Below are positions 31,015 through 40,148 of a DNA stretch of 64,000 nt, piece by piece. The notes beneath the pieces are model-generated. The model worked only from the letters and a program-made list of their open reading frames with translations. It made no database searches and was not told where the DNA came from. Made by a program: the position numbers and the translations under genes. This stretch comes from a virus (taxonomy: Duplodnaviria > Caudoviricetes), in the IMG/VR virus record IMGVR_UViG_3300021368_002114, positions 1,258 through 65,257 of that record. One strand, 5' to 3'. Within the stretch, counting starts at the first letter, position 1. Each line of letters begins with the position of its first letter.

Positions 31015-32699
31015 AAAAACAATTATTAACACTATTATTTCTTCTTGGTGCATTCGTATCGTTTGGCCAAGAAACAATTAAAATCAACAAAACGAACACA
31101 GTTTCGAAGGTTGGTGATACTATTAAACTGAAAGTGGAGTATTCAGGTACAGCAGGAACTGCAAAACTTACTCAGTTTGATTTTCAGTATAACAACAAGT
31201 TACTATCGTTACAATCAAGAAATTGGATTGTATCTTCAAATTCAGCTCAAAAGGCTTATAACTCATGGAATGGGTATAAGTGGGGTAACAACACTGCAAC
31301 AAGTGATATTGATGGCCAGTACGCTGATTTTGTAGCAGGTAGTACTATCTATGGTTCAAACGCAGATTTTTCGGTAGAGAGAATTACTATCCAAGATGTT
31401 ACTGCATTTGCCGATGGAGATGGTTGGATGGAGTATAACTTTATTATTAAAGATAAAGCAGGTACTAACTATTCAGATTATTCTAATCTACTAAGTATGA
31501 ACTGGGGTTATCTTAAAAAAGATGATGGAACTGAAATAGCAGTAGAAGGTAAGGTAGATAATGGAACTGGTTTAAGTTTAACTGGTATCACAGGAGGTGA
31601 TGCTGGAACTGTAACACTTAAAATATTCAGTAAAGCAATAGATAATTCACTAATAGATGGTACAGATTATACTTACTATGTTTATAATAAATCAGATATC
31701 GGTGCGGGTAACCAAGTAAATGAGGGAGCAACTCATGTTAAAACAGGTAACTATGATGCATCAGGTGAAGCAACTGTAAGTGGTTTAGAAAACGATAAAG
31801 AATATTTTGTTTGGAACTTCGTTGATGGTTCTAAAGATTATATGGATAACGTAGTAACTGTATCTGATTTAGCATTAGTATTTCAAGAAGCAATCGGTGC
31901 AGGTTCTTCACCAAATGGTTCTTCAACAACATTTGATTATCATATTCAAACATTCTTGGCAAACGTAATCCATGATTCACCATTTGATGGAGTGATAAAT
32001 TTCTCAGATTCATATGAGATACTTGCTTACTTACAAGGTGTAACAAGTGGAAACTCTAATTACATTTCTAAGAAAGGTGGAGCAGTACAGAGTGGTGGTA
32101 CTAAATCAATATTTGGTACAGTAGATGAAAATGGAAGTTATTTAGCTAACTTAGATGCAACTTTCAAACCAACTGATTCTAATAAATCATTTGAGTTTGC
32201 TCATGTTCTAATTGGTGATGTAAACTTCTCACACTCTTATCAACCAGCAAATACAAATGATTTCAAAATTAGTTCTATGAATATTAGTAATTCTGCACCT
32301 CTTGCATCAAGTGCAAGATACACTCCGATTCAACAAAATGTTGATTTGACATCTCAAATTGTAGATGGTGAAGTAATCTTCTCAATCAATTCAGAAGTAA
32401 CTGGTATGATTGGAACACAATTTAACATTGTATATGATGATACAAGATTAGAATTAAAGAACGTAGTATTCGATACTGGTAACGAAATGACTAACTTCGC
32501 TAACCACATCGAAGAAGAAGGAAAAGTAAACATAGGTTCATTTGACCAACAGTTTGAACAAACTGTAAAAACAGGTACTCCATATCAATTAATATTCACA
32601 CCATTAGTTGAATTGAGTAACACATCAGGTTTAATCTCATTTAAGGTTAACGAAGGTGTTAAGGCAGATGGTACACAAATTAAATTAAACATGGAGTAA
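31011..32699 (+). CDS. Secreted cohesin-like / dockerin-like / cohesin-like protein
   Basis: Signal peptide; VGDTIKLKV...QFDFQYNNKLL; VTVSDL...DGVINFSD...GDVNFSHS; GTQFNIVYDDTRLEL. Confidence 0.65.
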   Translation: MKKQLLTLLFLLGAFVSFGQETIKINKTNTVSKVGDTIKLKVEYSGTAGTAKLTQFDFQYNNKLLSLQSRNWIVSSNSAQKAYNSWNGYKWGNNTATSDIDGQYADFVAGSTIYGSNADFSVERITIQDVTAFADGDGWMEYNFIIKDKAGTNYSDYSNLLSMNWGYLKKDDGTEIAVEGKVDNGTGLSLTGITGGDAGTVTLKIFSKAIDNSLIDGTDYTYYVYNKSDIGAGNQVNEGATHVKTGNYDASGEATVSGLENDKEYFVWNFVDGSKDYMDNVVTVSDLALVFQEAIGAGSSPNGSSTTFDYHIQTFLANVIHDSPFDGVINFSDSYEILAYLQGVTSGNSNYISKKGGAVQSGGTKSIFGTVDENGSYLANLDATFKPTDSNKSFEFAHVLIGDVNFSHSYQPANTNDFKISSMNISNSAPLASSARYTPIQQNVDLTSQIVDGEVIFSINSEVTGMIGTQFNIVYDDTRLELKNVVFDTGNEMTNFANHIEEEGKVNIGSFDQQFEQTVKTGTPYQLIFTPLVELSNTSGLISFKVNEGVKADGTQIKLNME

Positions 32700-32703
32700 A
32701 AAA

Positions 32704-33078
32704 ATGAAAAAATTATTATTATCACTTATCGTATTATTATCACTAACATCTTGTATGAAAGATGAATTGATAGAACCTATATTCATCGATAGTATGCCAG
32801 AGGCACTTGTTATTGATGAGTTGGTTGGAATAAAATTAGAAAGTACAATTGTATCTTCAGAAGTAAGAATGAATATCAAACTTCCTGTGGATGGAACGTA
32901 CAGAGTGAAAATTAGAGATTTAGATAACTCTTTAATTTCACAAGAAAAACTAACGGCTAAAGAGGGAGATAATCTTCTCTCTGTTTATACAAGTAGTTTG
33001 GATAAATCCTCATTTACTCTTGAATTAACTGATGTTAATCACAAGGTAATTGGTAGGACGGTTTTCGTTAATCAATAA
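32704..33078 (+). CDS. Lipoprotein resembling a stand-alone T9SS C-terminal sorting domain
   Basis: Lipobox LTSC; LPVDGTYRVKIRDL..LI...EGDN...TSSLDKSSFTLEL...GRTVFV. Confidence 0.55.
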   Translation: MKKLLLSLIVLLSLTSCMKDELIEPIFIDSMPEALVIDELVGIKLESTIVSSEVRMNIKLPVDGTYRVKIRDLDNSLISQEKLTAKEGDNLLSVYTSSLDKSSFTLELTDVNHKVIGRTVFVNQ

Positions 33079-33097
33079 TGGAGTTTAGAATTAGTAA

Positions 33098-33598
33098 ATG
33101 AAAAAGTTTTTATTAACATTTATTACATTAACCTTTACACTAGGCATGGTTGCATCTTGTGTAAATCCTTCAATGGAAAGAGGTTTAGAGTCGTTGGAAG
33201 CATCTCTTGCAGAGTTAGAGGCTTCACTAATATTAGTTGACATCGAACAGATGAAAATTGATTTAGAAACGATGCAATCACAAGTAGAACAAATGGAAGT
33301 GGATTTGGAAACTTCTGTGGATGATGCCTTGGCAAAAATGGCTGATATAAAATTACGTTTAGAATCTATTCTTGAAACTGCAGAAGATTGGGCAACTGAT
33401 GAACAAGTTCAAAATCTTTTAGCTCAAGTTCAAGAAGTTAGTGAAGGAATCGATATGTTAGTTTTTATTGCTGATTATGATTACGATGGTGTTATGAATG
33501 GATTAGACCAATGTCCTGATACACCTATAACAGAAATTAATAACGTAAATGGAGTTGGATGTGCACCAAATGAAACACCAACAACTGATGGAGACTAA
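33098..33598 (+). CDS. Coiled-coil lipoprotein with C-terminal TSP3-like Ca-binding repeat
   Basis: Lipobox VASC; heptad-rich middle; DYDYDGVMNGLDQCPDTP...GC. Confidence 0.65.
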   Translation: MKKFLLTFITLTFTLGMVASCVNPSMERGLESLEASLAELEASLILVDIEQMKIDLETMQSQVEQMEVDLETSVDDALAKMADIKLRLESILETAEDWATDEQVQNLLAQVQEVSEGIDMLVFIADYDYDGVMNGLDQCPDTPITEINNVNGVGCAPNETPTTDGD

Positions 33599-33601
33599 AT
33601 T

Positions 33602-33895
33602 ATGAGTGAAAAAAAAGAAGGATTCTTTTCACAATTAAAAAACCAAATCATAGCTGGTGTAGGAGTAATCCTCACCGGCCTTGGTGGTTTGTTTATGGAT
33701 GAGGTAAAATCATTCATAGGGATTGAAGATGAAGAATCAGCACCTGTTCAAGTAGAACAGAAACAAGAAGTGAATGTTGAAGGACCTACAATTGTGGTTA
33801 ACATTCCAGAACAAAAAAAAGATACAGTTGTAAAAAAAGTATATGTTAAACCCGTAGAAAAACCAAAAGAGAAAGAAGAAAAAATCGATTGGTAA
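33602..33895 (+). CDS. Small membrane-anchored protein
   Basis: Single N-terminal hydrophobic helix IIAGVGVILTGLGGLF. Confidence 0.65.
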   Translation: MSEKKEGFFSQLKNQIIAGVGVILTGLGGLFMDEVKSFIGIEDEESAPVQVEQKQEVNVEGPTIVVNIPEQKKDTVVKKVYVKPVEKPKEKEEKIDW

Positions 33896-33917
33896 ACTAC
33901 ACAAAAAAGGAGAGATT

Positions 33918-34121
33918 ATGAAAAAATTCGTTGTACACAACCCCATAGCAATGATATGGAAAGAGGCCGAGAGTTTATTGGATTACACAATAGCACTATG
34001 GTTAACCGCTTTAGCAATTTTAGCAGTTAGTGGTATCTTAGTAATGATTTTTGAATTAATAACTAACCCATCATCGTTTTCAAATGCATCATTTGGTGTA
34101 TTTGATACATTAGGGAGATAG
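33918..34121 (+). CDS. Small single-TM protein, paralog A
   Basis: AGGAG RBS; ends NPSSFSNASFGVFDTLGR. Confidence 0.7.
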   Translation: MKKFVVHNPIAMIWKEAESLLDYTIALWLTALAILAVSGILVMIFELITNPSSFSNASFGVFDTLGR

Positions 34122-34130
34122 GAGAATATT

Positions 34131-34316
34131 ATGATTACACAAATTTTTACAGACAAAATGTCAGATTACAAATTTATGGATGTTATTTTGAAAATATGGA
34201 TAGGTGGTTTAATGATAATGTGGGCAGTTGGAATGGTTGCTATCATTAGTCATATAATCATGAATCCATCAGCAGTTGATAACGCAACATTTGGTATATT
34301 TGATACTTTAGGATAA
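34131..34316 (+). CDS. Small single-TM protein, paralog B
   Basis: AGGAG RBS; ends NPSAVDNATFGIFDTLG. Confidence 0.7.
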   Translation: MITQIFTDKMSDYKFMDVILKIWIGGLMIMWAVGMVAIISHIIMNPSAVDNATFGIFDTLG

Positions 34317-34324
34317 AAAGAAAT

Positions 34325-34429
34325 ATGAAAAAAATTATAGAATTAATTATCAAAATTGATAAATGGCTCTCGGATAGGATATGGGAAATGTATCCAGAGT
34401 TAACTAAACACATGAAGGATAAGAAATGA
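34325..34429 (+). CDS. 34-aa peptide coupled to the CsgG-like gene
   Basis: MKKIIELIIKIDKWLSDRIWEMYPELTKHMKDKK; ATGA overlap with 34426. Confidence 0.5.
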   Translation: MKKIIELIIKIDKWLSDRIWEMYPELTKHMKDKK

Positions 34430-35142
34430 GATTAATCACAACAATAGTTTTGATGTTATTCACACTAACATCATTTTCACAAACGATTGGTAAGGTTAAG
34501 GCTGAAGAATACACCGCAGAATTTGAAAAGAAAAAATCAATTGATGATGTTTCAGATTATTGGGGTGATATGATACCAGTATCTCTACTCAATGTTGGTA
34601 TATCTGATGAATTATATGAGATGTATCCTGAGTTAAGAGATGGTAGAGTGGGTTTAGGTCTTACTAATATAGTAATAGAATACTTAGATTGGACAAACAG
34701 ATTTGAATTCGTAGAAGAGAAGTCTGCAATCAAGGATAGAATGAAAACACAATGGGTTGCATCAAGAAAAGGTGTTTCGGAAAACCAAGTTTATGGTTTA
34801 GGTAAAATTAAGTTAGCAGAATATTTCGTTACAATAGAGATATATGATTTCTCTGTTTCAGAGGATGAGGTTTTATCACTTAAAGATGGTTCTAAACAAA
34901 CACAAACAACTCGTTTAGGTTTACAAGTTAGGTTTACTAATGCAGAGAATGGTACATACTTTGTAGGTTCCGGTCTTGGTACGGCAAATACAGTAAAGAC
35001 TCAAGAGGGTTTGCTGGGGTTAGATTTGGATGAAATAAAGTTCAGACAATCAGCAATTGGAGTATCTACCAGAAAAGCATTGGAAACCGCTTCAGCGAGA
35101 ATTGTGGCAAGGATGATTCGTAAGAAGATATTTGAGAACTAG
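34426..35142 (+). CDS. CsgG-family (curli secretion channel-like) protein
   Basis: Signal peptide; GLTNIVIEYL..TNRFEFVE; AEYFVTIEIYDF; LGLQVRFTNAENG; C-terminal helix RKALETA. Confidence 0.7.
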   Translation: MRLITTIVLMLFTLTSFSQTIGKVKAEEYTAEFEKKKSIDDVSDYWGDMIPVSLLNVGISDELYEMYPELRDGRVGLGLTNIVIEYLDWTNRFEFVEEKSAIKDRMKTQWVASRKGVSENQVYGLGKIKLAEYFVTIEIYDFSVSEDEVLSLKDGSKQTQTTRLGLQVRFTNAENGTYFVGSGLGTANTVKTQEGLLGLDLDEIKFRQSAIGVSTRKALETASARIVARMIRKKIFEN

Positions 35143-35158
35143 AAGAGAGGAGAAATGA

Positions 35159-37024
35159 TTGAAAAAGCTCCTTATAACTTTATTCTTATTCTTAAGTAGT
35201 TTTACTTATGGACAGGTGTTTACACAAACATTTGTAGATAGATGTACTAACGAAGTGAAGGTTGTTACTGCAAACTTTCAAACAGGTAGTGCGGTAGTAT
35301 CATTCTACGATAGAGTTAAGATATTTACCTACCAACAATTTCTAAATGGTGAATTACACCAATGGTTGGGAGAAACATATGCATGGTGGAATACTCTATC
35401 ACCATGTTCTACAACAACAAATCAAGCACAAAACGCACAGAATCAAGCCACCCAAGCTCAGAATCAAGCTACTCAGGCATCTAACGCCGCCAGTAATGCC
35501 GCAAATAATGCCGCAAATGCAACTACTGGTACAACACAAACAACTACAACTGGTACAACTGGTACAACTAATACTGGTTCAACTAATACTGGTTCAACTA
35601 ATACTGGTTCAAGTGGTAGTACTTCATCTGGCTCAAGTGGTTCAACTAATAACTCAAGTGGAGGAACAAGTAATGGGAATTCAAGTAGTAATAACAATTC
35701 TTCCGGTAGTAGTGGTGGAGAAAGTTCCGGCTCTTCAAACTCTAGCGGAGGAGATACGTCAAGTGGCACGGACTCGAGCTCTGGCTCGGATTCAAGCTCG
35801 AACAACTCAACAGATAACTCGTCAGAAAGCTCATCGGGCTCTTCTTCGGACAGTTCGGAAGGTAGCGGAGATGTAGATAATAGTGGAGAATCATCTGATA
35901 ACTCAGGTGAATCATCAGATAATAGTGGTGATGAAGGAGGAGATGGTTCGGATAGTGGTTCTGATGAATCAGGTGGTGATGAGGGAAGTGATGATTCTGG
36001 TGGAGAAGAATCTGATAGTGGTGAATCTGATGAGGGAAGTGATGAATCAAGTGAAGAAAGTTCAGAAGAATCAAGTGAAGAAGAATCATCAGAGGAAAGC
36101 TCAGAAGAAGAATCAAGTGAAGAAGAATCTTCAGAGGAATCAGAAGAAGAAAGTTCAGAAGAAGAATCAGAAGAGAGTGAAGAAGAATCTGAAGAATCTG
36201 AAGAAGAAAGTGAAGAGGAAGAATCGGAAGAGGAATCTGAAGAAGAGGAAGAAGAAAGTGAAGAAGAATCAGAGGAAACCGAAGAGGAAGAAGAATCTGA
36301 GGAAGAGGAAGAAAAGAAATTCTTACCAATACAATTAAAAGCAGATTTTATGCAACAACAATCACCTCTTGGTTTTTATAATAGTGTATTGAATATAGGA
36401 GCATCTCGTTCATCTATTTATGGTGATGTTGCATATACGGCAAATGTAATGGTATATGATAACTTACAACAAATTACTTTTATGGGAGCACGTTCTAAGG
36501 TTAATATGACAGAAACTTTTAAGGTGAAAAATATATCAGCTACATCAATTGGATACTCCAACAACTATGGTTATTCAACTTTAATGTTATCAAAATCTTT
36601 GATGAAACCATTTGAGAATGGGTTGACAGTTGGTATTGGTGTATCTGCTGGTACAACGTTTATATCATATCCAATGAAAGAAAATTTTATGTTATCTTAT
36701 AATGTATTAGCAACAAAATCATTTAAGATAGGTACTCGTATAACTTACTCCCCAGCGATAATTTGGACACAAACTCCATTTATGAGTGTAGAAGGTGGAG
36801 TAGGATTGGAAAAAACTTATTACAAAGAAAATCCTTTTGGAATAAAGTTTGAAAATTCTTTAAGAGGACAGAGAATAGATGGTATGGGAATTATAGCTAA
36901 TTCATTTACAGTACAACTAACGCCAAGATTTGGATTCAATGTAGGATGGACTGCAATTAAATCAACTAATCCTATTATACCTTTAATAAACTCATTTATG
37001 ATAGGTTCTAAAATTCCATTATAA
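35159..37024 (+). CDS. Secreted protein: small N-domain, about 300-aa low-complexity stalk, beta-rich (possible barrel) C-domain
   Basis: Signal peptide; Q/A/N, T/G, S/G/D then E/S tracts; alternating beta-strand pattern to the C-terminus. Confidence 0.7.
   Translation: MKKLLITLFLFLSSFTYGQVFTQTFVDRCTNEVKVVTANFQTGSAVVSFYDRVKIFTYQQFLNGELHQWLGETYAWWNTLSPCSTTTNQAQNAQNQATQAQNQATQASNAASNAANNAANATTGTTQTTTTGTTGTTNTGSTNTGSTNTGSSGSTSSGSSGSTNNSSGGTSNGNSSSNNNSSGSSGGESSGSSNSSGGDTSSGTDSSSGSDSSSNNSTDNSSESSSGSSSDSSEGSGDVDNSGESSDNSGESSDNSGDEGGDGSDSGSDESGGDEGSDDSGGEESDSGESDEGSDESSEESSEESSEEESSEESSEEESSEEESSEESEEESSEEESEESEEESEESEEESEEEESEEESEEEEEESEEESEETEEEEESEEEEEKKFLPIQLKADFMQQQSPLGFYNSVLNIGASRSSIYGDVAYTANVMVYDNLQQITFMGARSKVNMTETFKVKNISATSIGYSNNYGYSTLMLSKSLMKPFENGLTVGIGVSAGTTFISYPMKENFMLSYNVLATKSFKIGTRITYSPAIIWTQTPFMSVEGGVGLEKTYYKENPFGIKFENSLRGQRIDGMGIIANSFTVQLTPRFGFNVGWTAIKSTNPIIPLINSFMIGSKIPL
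35410..36313 (+). repeat. Coding low-complexity tract
   Basis: Includes 3 x ACTAATACTGGTTCA (35567-35611) and many GAAGAATC/AGTGAA units encoding SEE(E)S. Confidence 0.9.
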
Positions 37025-37032
37025 TTATTAGT

Positions 37033-39759
37033 ATGAAGAAACTGTTTACATTAATATTATTTTTATTTTCCTTTATAGGATTCTCACAAAGTGGAGATGG
37101 GTATATAAATTATACTTCATGGAGAACACAATGTGGTAATGGATGTAATATTCAAACAACGATAAATGGAACAGCCGTTACAGTTGCTGGTCATATGAAT
37201 AATACATTAGAGTTTGATGCGGCAATGAGGGAATATGTTGGGTTAAGTGCAACCGAAATATTAAATAGTGGTGAAACCCAAGCATTTAGTGCAGGTGGTT
37301 TCGGTACTTCAGTACTTTCATATAATGGTGGTAGACCTATTGGACCAGGTAACTCACAAGGAGAATATTATATAGTTGATTACACAGGTTGGTTCTATGC
37401 AAGTTCAACAGGTAACTATAAGTTTTGGACTTATTCAGATGATTCACACGAATTTTGGTTAGATTTAGATGGTGATGGTGTATTAGAATCTACTGAAATG
37501 ATAACTAAAAAATATAACGGTTCAGGTAATAATCAATCTACTAACATTTCACTTACAAGTGGAACTTGGTATAAATTAAGAGTAAGATTCCATGAATTCA
37601 CAGGTGGTGATTGGTTAAGAGTTCAATATCAAGACCCAACACATAATGGTGGTTCAACTACTTCCTCTTGGAGAATACTTGGTGATACTACATGGGGTGA
37701 TAAAGTATCAAATGCTGAACCAGCACCTACATTTGTAAATACAGTTGCAAATGATGGACCAAATGCTATTATTTATAAATCATTCAAAATAAATGATTAT
37801 GCTAATAACAATAATCAGGGTGAATATAATGACCATCCACAAAGTTCATCTGATTTTGATGCTATGTTTGATTATGCTAATAAAAATACTACTACTTGGA
37901 CACATTATGGTAGAGATACAGCAACAAAAGCATTTACTTGGCCATACCCTAATCTTCTACCAAAACACGACAACACCAACTTTGGGTGGATAATAGAAGG
38001 TTACTTTGTACCCCCAACTTCAGGTACTTATAAATTTCAATTAAATTCAGATGATAGAAGTGATTTTTGGTTTGATGCAAATGATGATGGAACAATTACT
38101 AATACAGGTATAGGATTGGGTAATGGAGCTAGAGAAATTGATATAACAAATTTAACAGCAGGTGTATCTTATAAGTTTAGAGTTAGATTTGAACAAGGAG
38201 CTGGAGGAGCCAACTTAACATTAAAATGGAAATCACCTGAAGATATAGCAGCAGGAGCTGCATTTGCTTTCAATGGTAATACAATATACAGTATAGATGC
38301 AGATAATTATGTTGAACCTTTTCACTATGATGTAAACTATAAATTTAGAAACATCGATGAAACTGGTTTTTCAATTAATACTTATTACGAAGTATCGGAT
38401 TCTGAAATTGCTAAAAACTCAAACTCAAATACAATCTCATTAGATGGAAATGGAGAAGCAACAATAACTTCTCAAGTAGATGAAGATTTAGTTGGACAAG
38501 GTAAGTACAATATCACCGCAACACCAGGTAATGTAGAATGGGTTGTAACATATATGCCAATGGTAACAAACAAATATACATACAGAATTGGTTTAGATGC
38601 TAGAGAGTTTCCAAGTAATGTAGATTTAGATGATGTAAATAATATAGAATTATTAGATTTAGTAGATACAGATGGAACATCAAGTTATTTTGGAACACCA
38701 GGATATTCGAACTCTTGGTCAGTTAGAAGTAATGACCCAAATGGTTGGAATGAATTTAATTATATGACTTGGAGTACTATTCCTTTTTCATCATCAAATT
38801 ACTCTTCAAGTATAAGAAGTTTAGGTGGTGGTGGATATGCACTAAAAGTAGACTTAAACTTTAATGAGGTAACCGCATATAAAACTCAATATGTGGTTTT
38901 TGATTCACCAAGTACATCTGAATTAGAAGCAATGGTAGATGATGTATTCACAGTAGCAGATGTTGTAATGGCATTTAACGAATTAGCAGGTGGTGGAATC
39001 AATGGTGGTTTCAAAGGTGATTTTGATTATAATGTTCAATATGCAAATGCAGATGTAAGTAGAGATGGTGTATTTGATTTCAAAGATACACAAATAATGT
39101 TAGATTTTCTAAATGGTGGAACTATGTTCGATGCATCTTATCTTGCAGCAGTAATGTCATTAACAGAGGTAAGTGCTTATAATTCTATGACATCTACAAA
39201 TTGGACAAACTATGGTGGGACTCGTACAATGTTCCCACTTGGATTGGTAACTGGTACAAAACAATATGATAAGAGTATTGCAGTACATTGGAAGGGTGAT
39301 GTTAATATGTCTCATTCTCATTTACCATCGAGTGTACAAGTTACAAGTATGGCTAGAAATATGACAATAAGTAATTCTTCAAAATCCATACAAAATCAGT
39401 TTGAAGTAGATTTAGATATTGAAAAGATTGGTGAAGAAATTGTGGTAACTCTAAAAGTACCAGAAAATACAAAAAATATAACTGGTTCTGAATTTAGAAT
39501 AGGATATGATAATAGTAGAGTAACCTTTGATAGAATAGAAAATGATTCTAATTTACAATCATTTTCAGCAAGAAGAAGTACTTACATAAAGTTAGGTTCA
39601 ATATCATCAGATGGTTCTCAGAATCTAAATGGAGGTACTGAATATAAAATATACTTTAAGGAAACTAACAATCTTGATTCTTTCTTAGGTTTAGTTTCAG
39701 TATTGAATGTAGAGTTAGTTAAAAAAGATGGAACACAAATAGGAGTAATTGTAAAATGA
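37033..39759 (+). CDS. Secreted protein with two PA14-like domains, a dockerin-like segment and a C-terminal cohesin-like domain
   Basis: YTGWFYA..TGNYKF...SDD...RFHEFTGG and IEGYFVP..SGTYKF...SDD...RFEQGAGG; ADVSRDGVFDFKD; GDVNMSHS; GSEFRIGYDNSRV. Confidence 0.75.
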   Translation: MKKLFTLILFLFSFIGFSQSGDGYINYTSWRTQCGNGCNIQTTINGTAVTVAGHMNNTLEFDAAMREYVGLSATEILNSGETQAFSAGGFGTSVLSYNGGRPIGPGNSQGEYYIVDYTGWFYASSTGNYKFWTYSDDSHEFWLDLDGDGVLESTEMITKKYNGSGNNQSTNISLTSGTWYKLRVRFHEFTGGDWLRVQYQDPTHNGGSTTSSWRILGDTTWGDKVSNAEPAPTFVNTVANDGPNAIIYKSFKINDYANNNNQGEYNDHPQSSSDFDAMFDYANKNTTTWTHYGRDTATKAFTWPYPNLLPKHDNTNFGWIIEGYFVPPTSGTYKFQLNSDDRSDFWFDANDDGTITNTGIGLGNGAREIDITNLTAGVSYKFRVRFEQGAGGANLTLKWKSPEDIAAGAAFAFNGNTIYSIDADNYVEPFHYDVNYKFRNIDETGFSINTYYEVSDSEIAKNSNSNTISLDGNGEATITSQVDEDLVGQGKYNITATPGNVEWVVTYMPMVTNKYTYRIGLDAREFPSNVDLDDVNNIELLDLVDTDGTSSYFGTPGYSNSWSVRSNDPNGWNEFNYMTWSTIPFSSSNYSSSIRSLGGGGYALKVDLNFNEVTAYKTQYVVFDSPSTSELEAMVDDVFTVADVVMAFNELAGGGINGGFKGDFDYNVQYANADVSRDGVFDFKDTQIMLDFLNGGTMFDASYLAAVMSLTEVSAYNSMTSTNWTNYGGTRTMFPLGLVTGTKQYDKSIAVHWKGDVNMSHSHLPSSVQVTSMARNMTISNSSKSIQNQFEVDLDIEKIGEEIVVTLKVPENTKNITGSEFRIGYDNSRVTFDRIENDSNLQSFSARRSTYIKLGSISSDGSQNLNGGTEYKIYFKETNNLDSFLGLVSVLNVELVKKDGTQIGVIVK

Positions 39760-40106
39760 GAAAATATTTAATACTTTTATTGTTTCTTTTATTTTCATGT
39801 GAAAAGGATTTCATAGAAGATGATTTATTACCAGAAGTACCAAGAGAAGATATGGTATTTAAGGTAAAGGAAAGTACAGTAGTAGATAATCAATTGATAT
39901 GGTTTGAAATAGATACAGAGGTAAAACATACTCTTGTAATTTCTCATATAGATACTAAATCGGTAATCGTAAAACAATCTTTTTTACCTACTGTTGGTAT
40001 CAATAACTTTATATTATACACAAAAGCATTACCAAAAGAAAAACTACAACTTCAGTTAATATTAAGTGGTGAGGTTATAAAATCAACGTTTATAATCGTA
40101 GAGTAA
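39756..40106 (+). CDS. Lipoprotein paralogous to 32704..33078 (T9SS-CTD-like)
   Basis: Lipobox LFSC; GINNFILYTKALPKEKLQLQL...IKSTFIIV aligns with GDNLLSVYTSSLDKSSFTLEL...IGRTVFV. Confidence 0.55.
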   Translation: MRKYLILLLFLLFSCEKDFIEDDLLPEVPREDMVFKVKESTVVDNQLIWFEIDTEVKHTLVISHIDTKSVIVKQSFLPTVGINNFILYTKALPKEKLQLQLILSGEVIKSTFIIVE

Positions 40107-40148
40107 TATATATTTGTATAAATAGTTCAACAAAAATATAGAATACAT

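Noticed and set aside
35567-35611. Tandem 15-bp repeats as a CRISPR array or origin
   Set aside because: No spacers; in-frame coding repeats (TNTGS x3).
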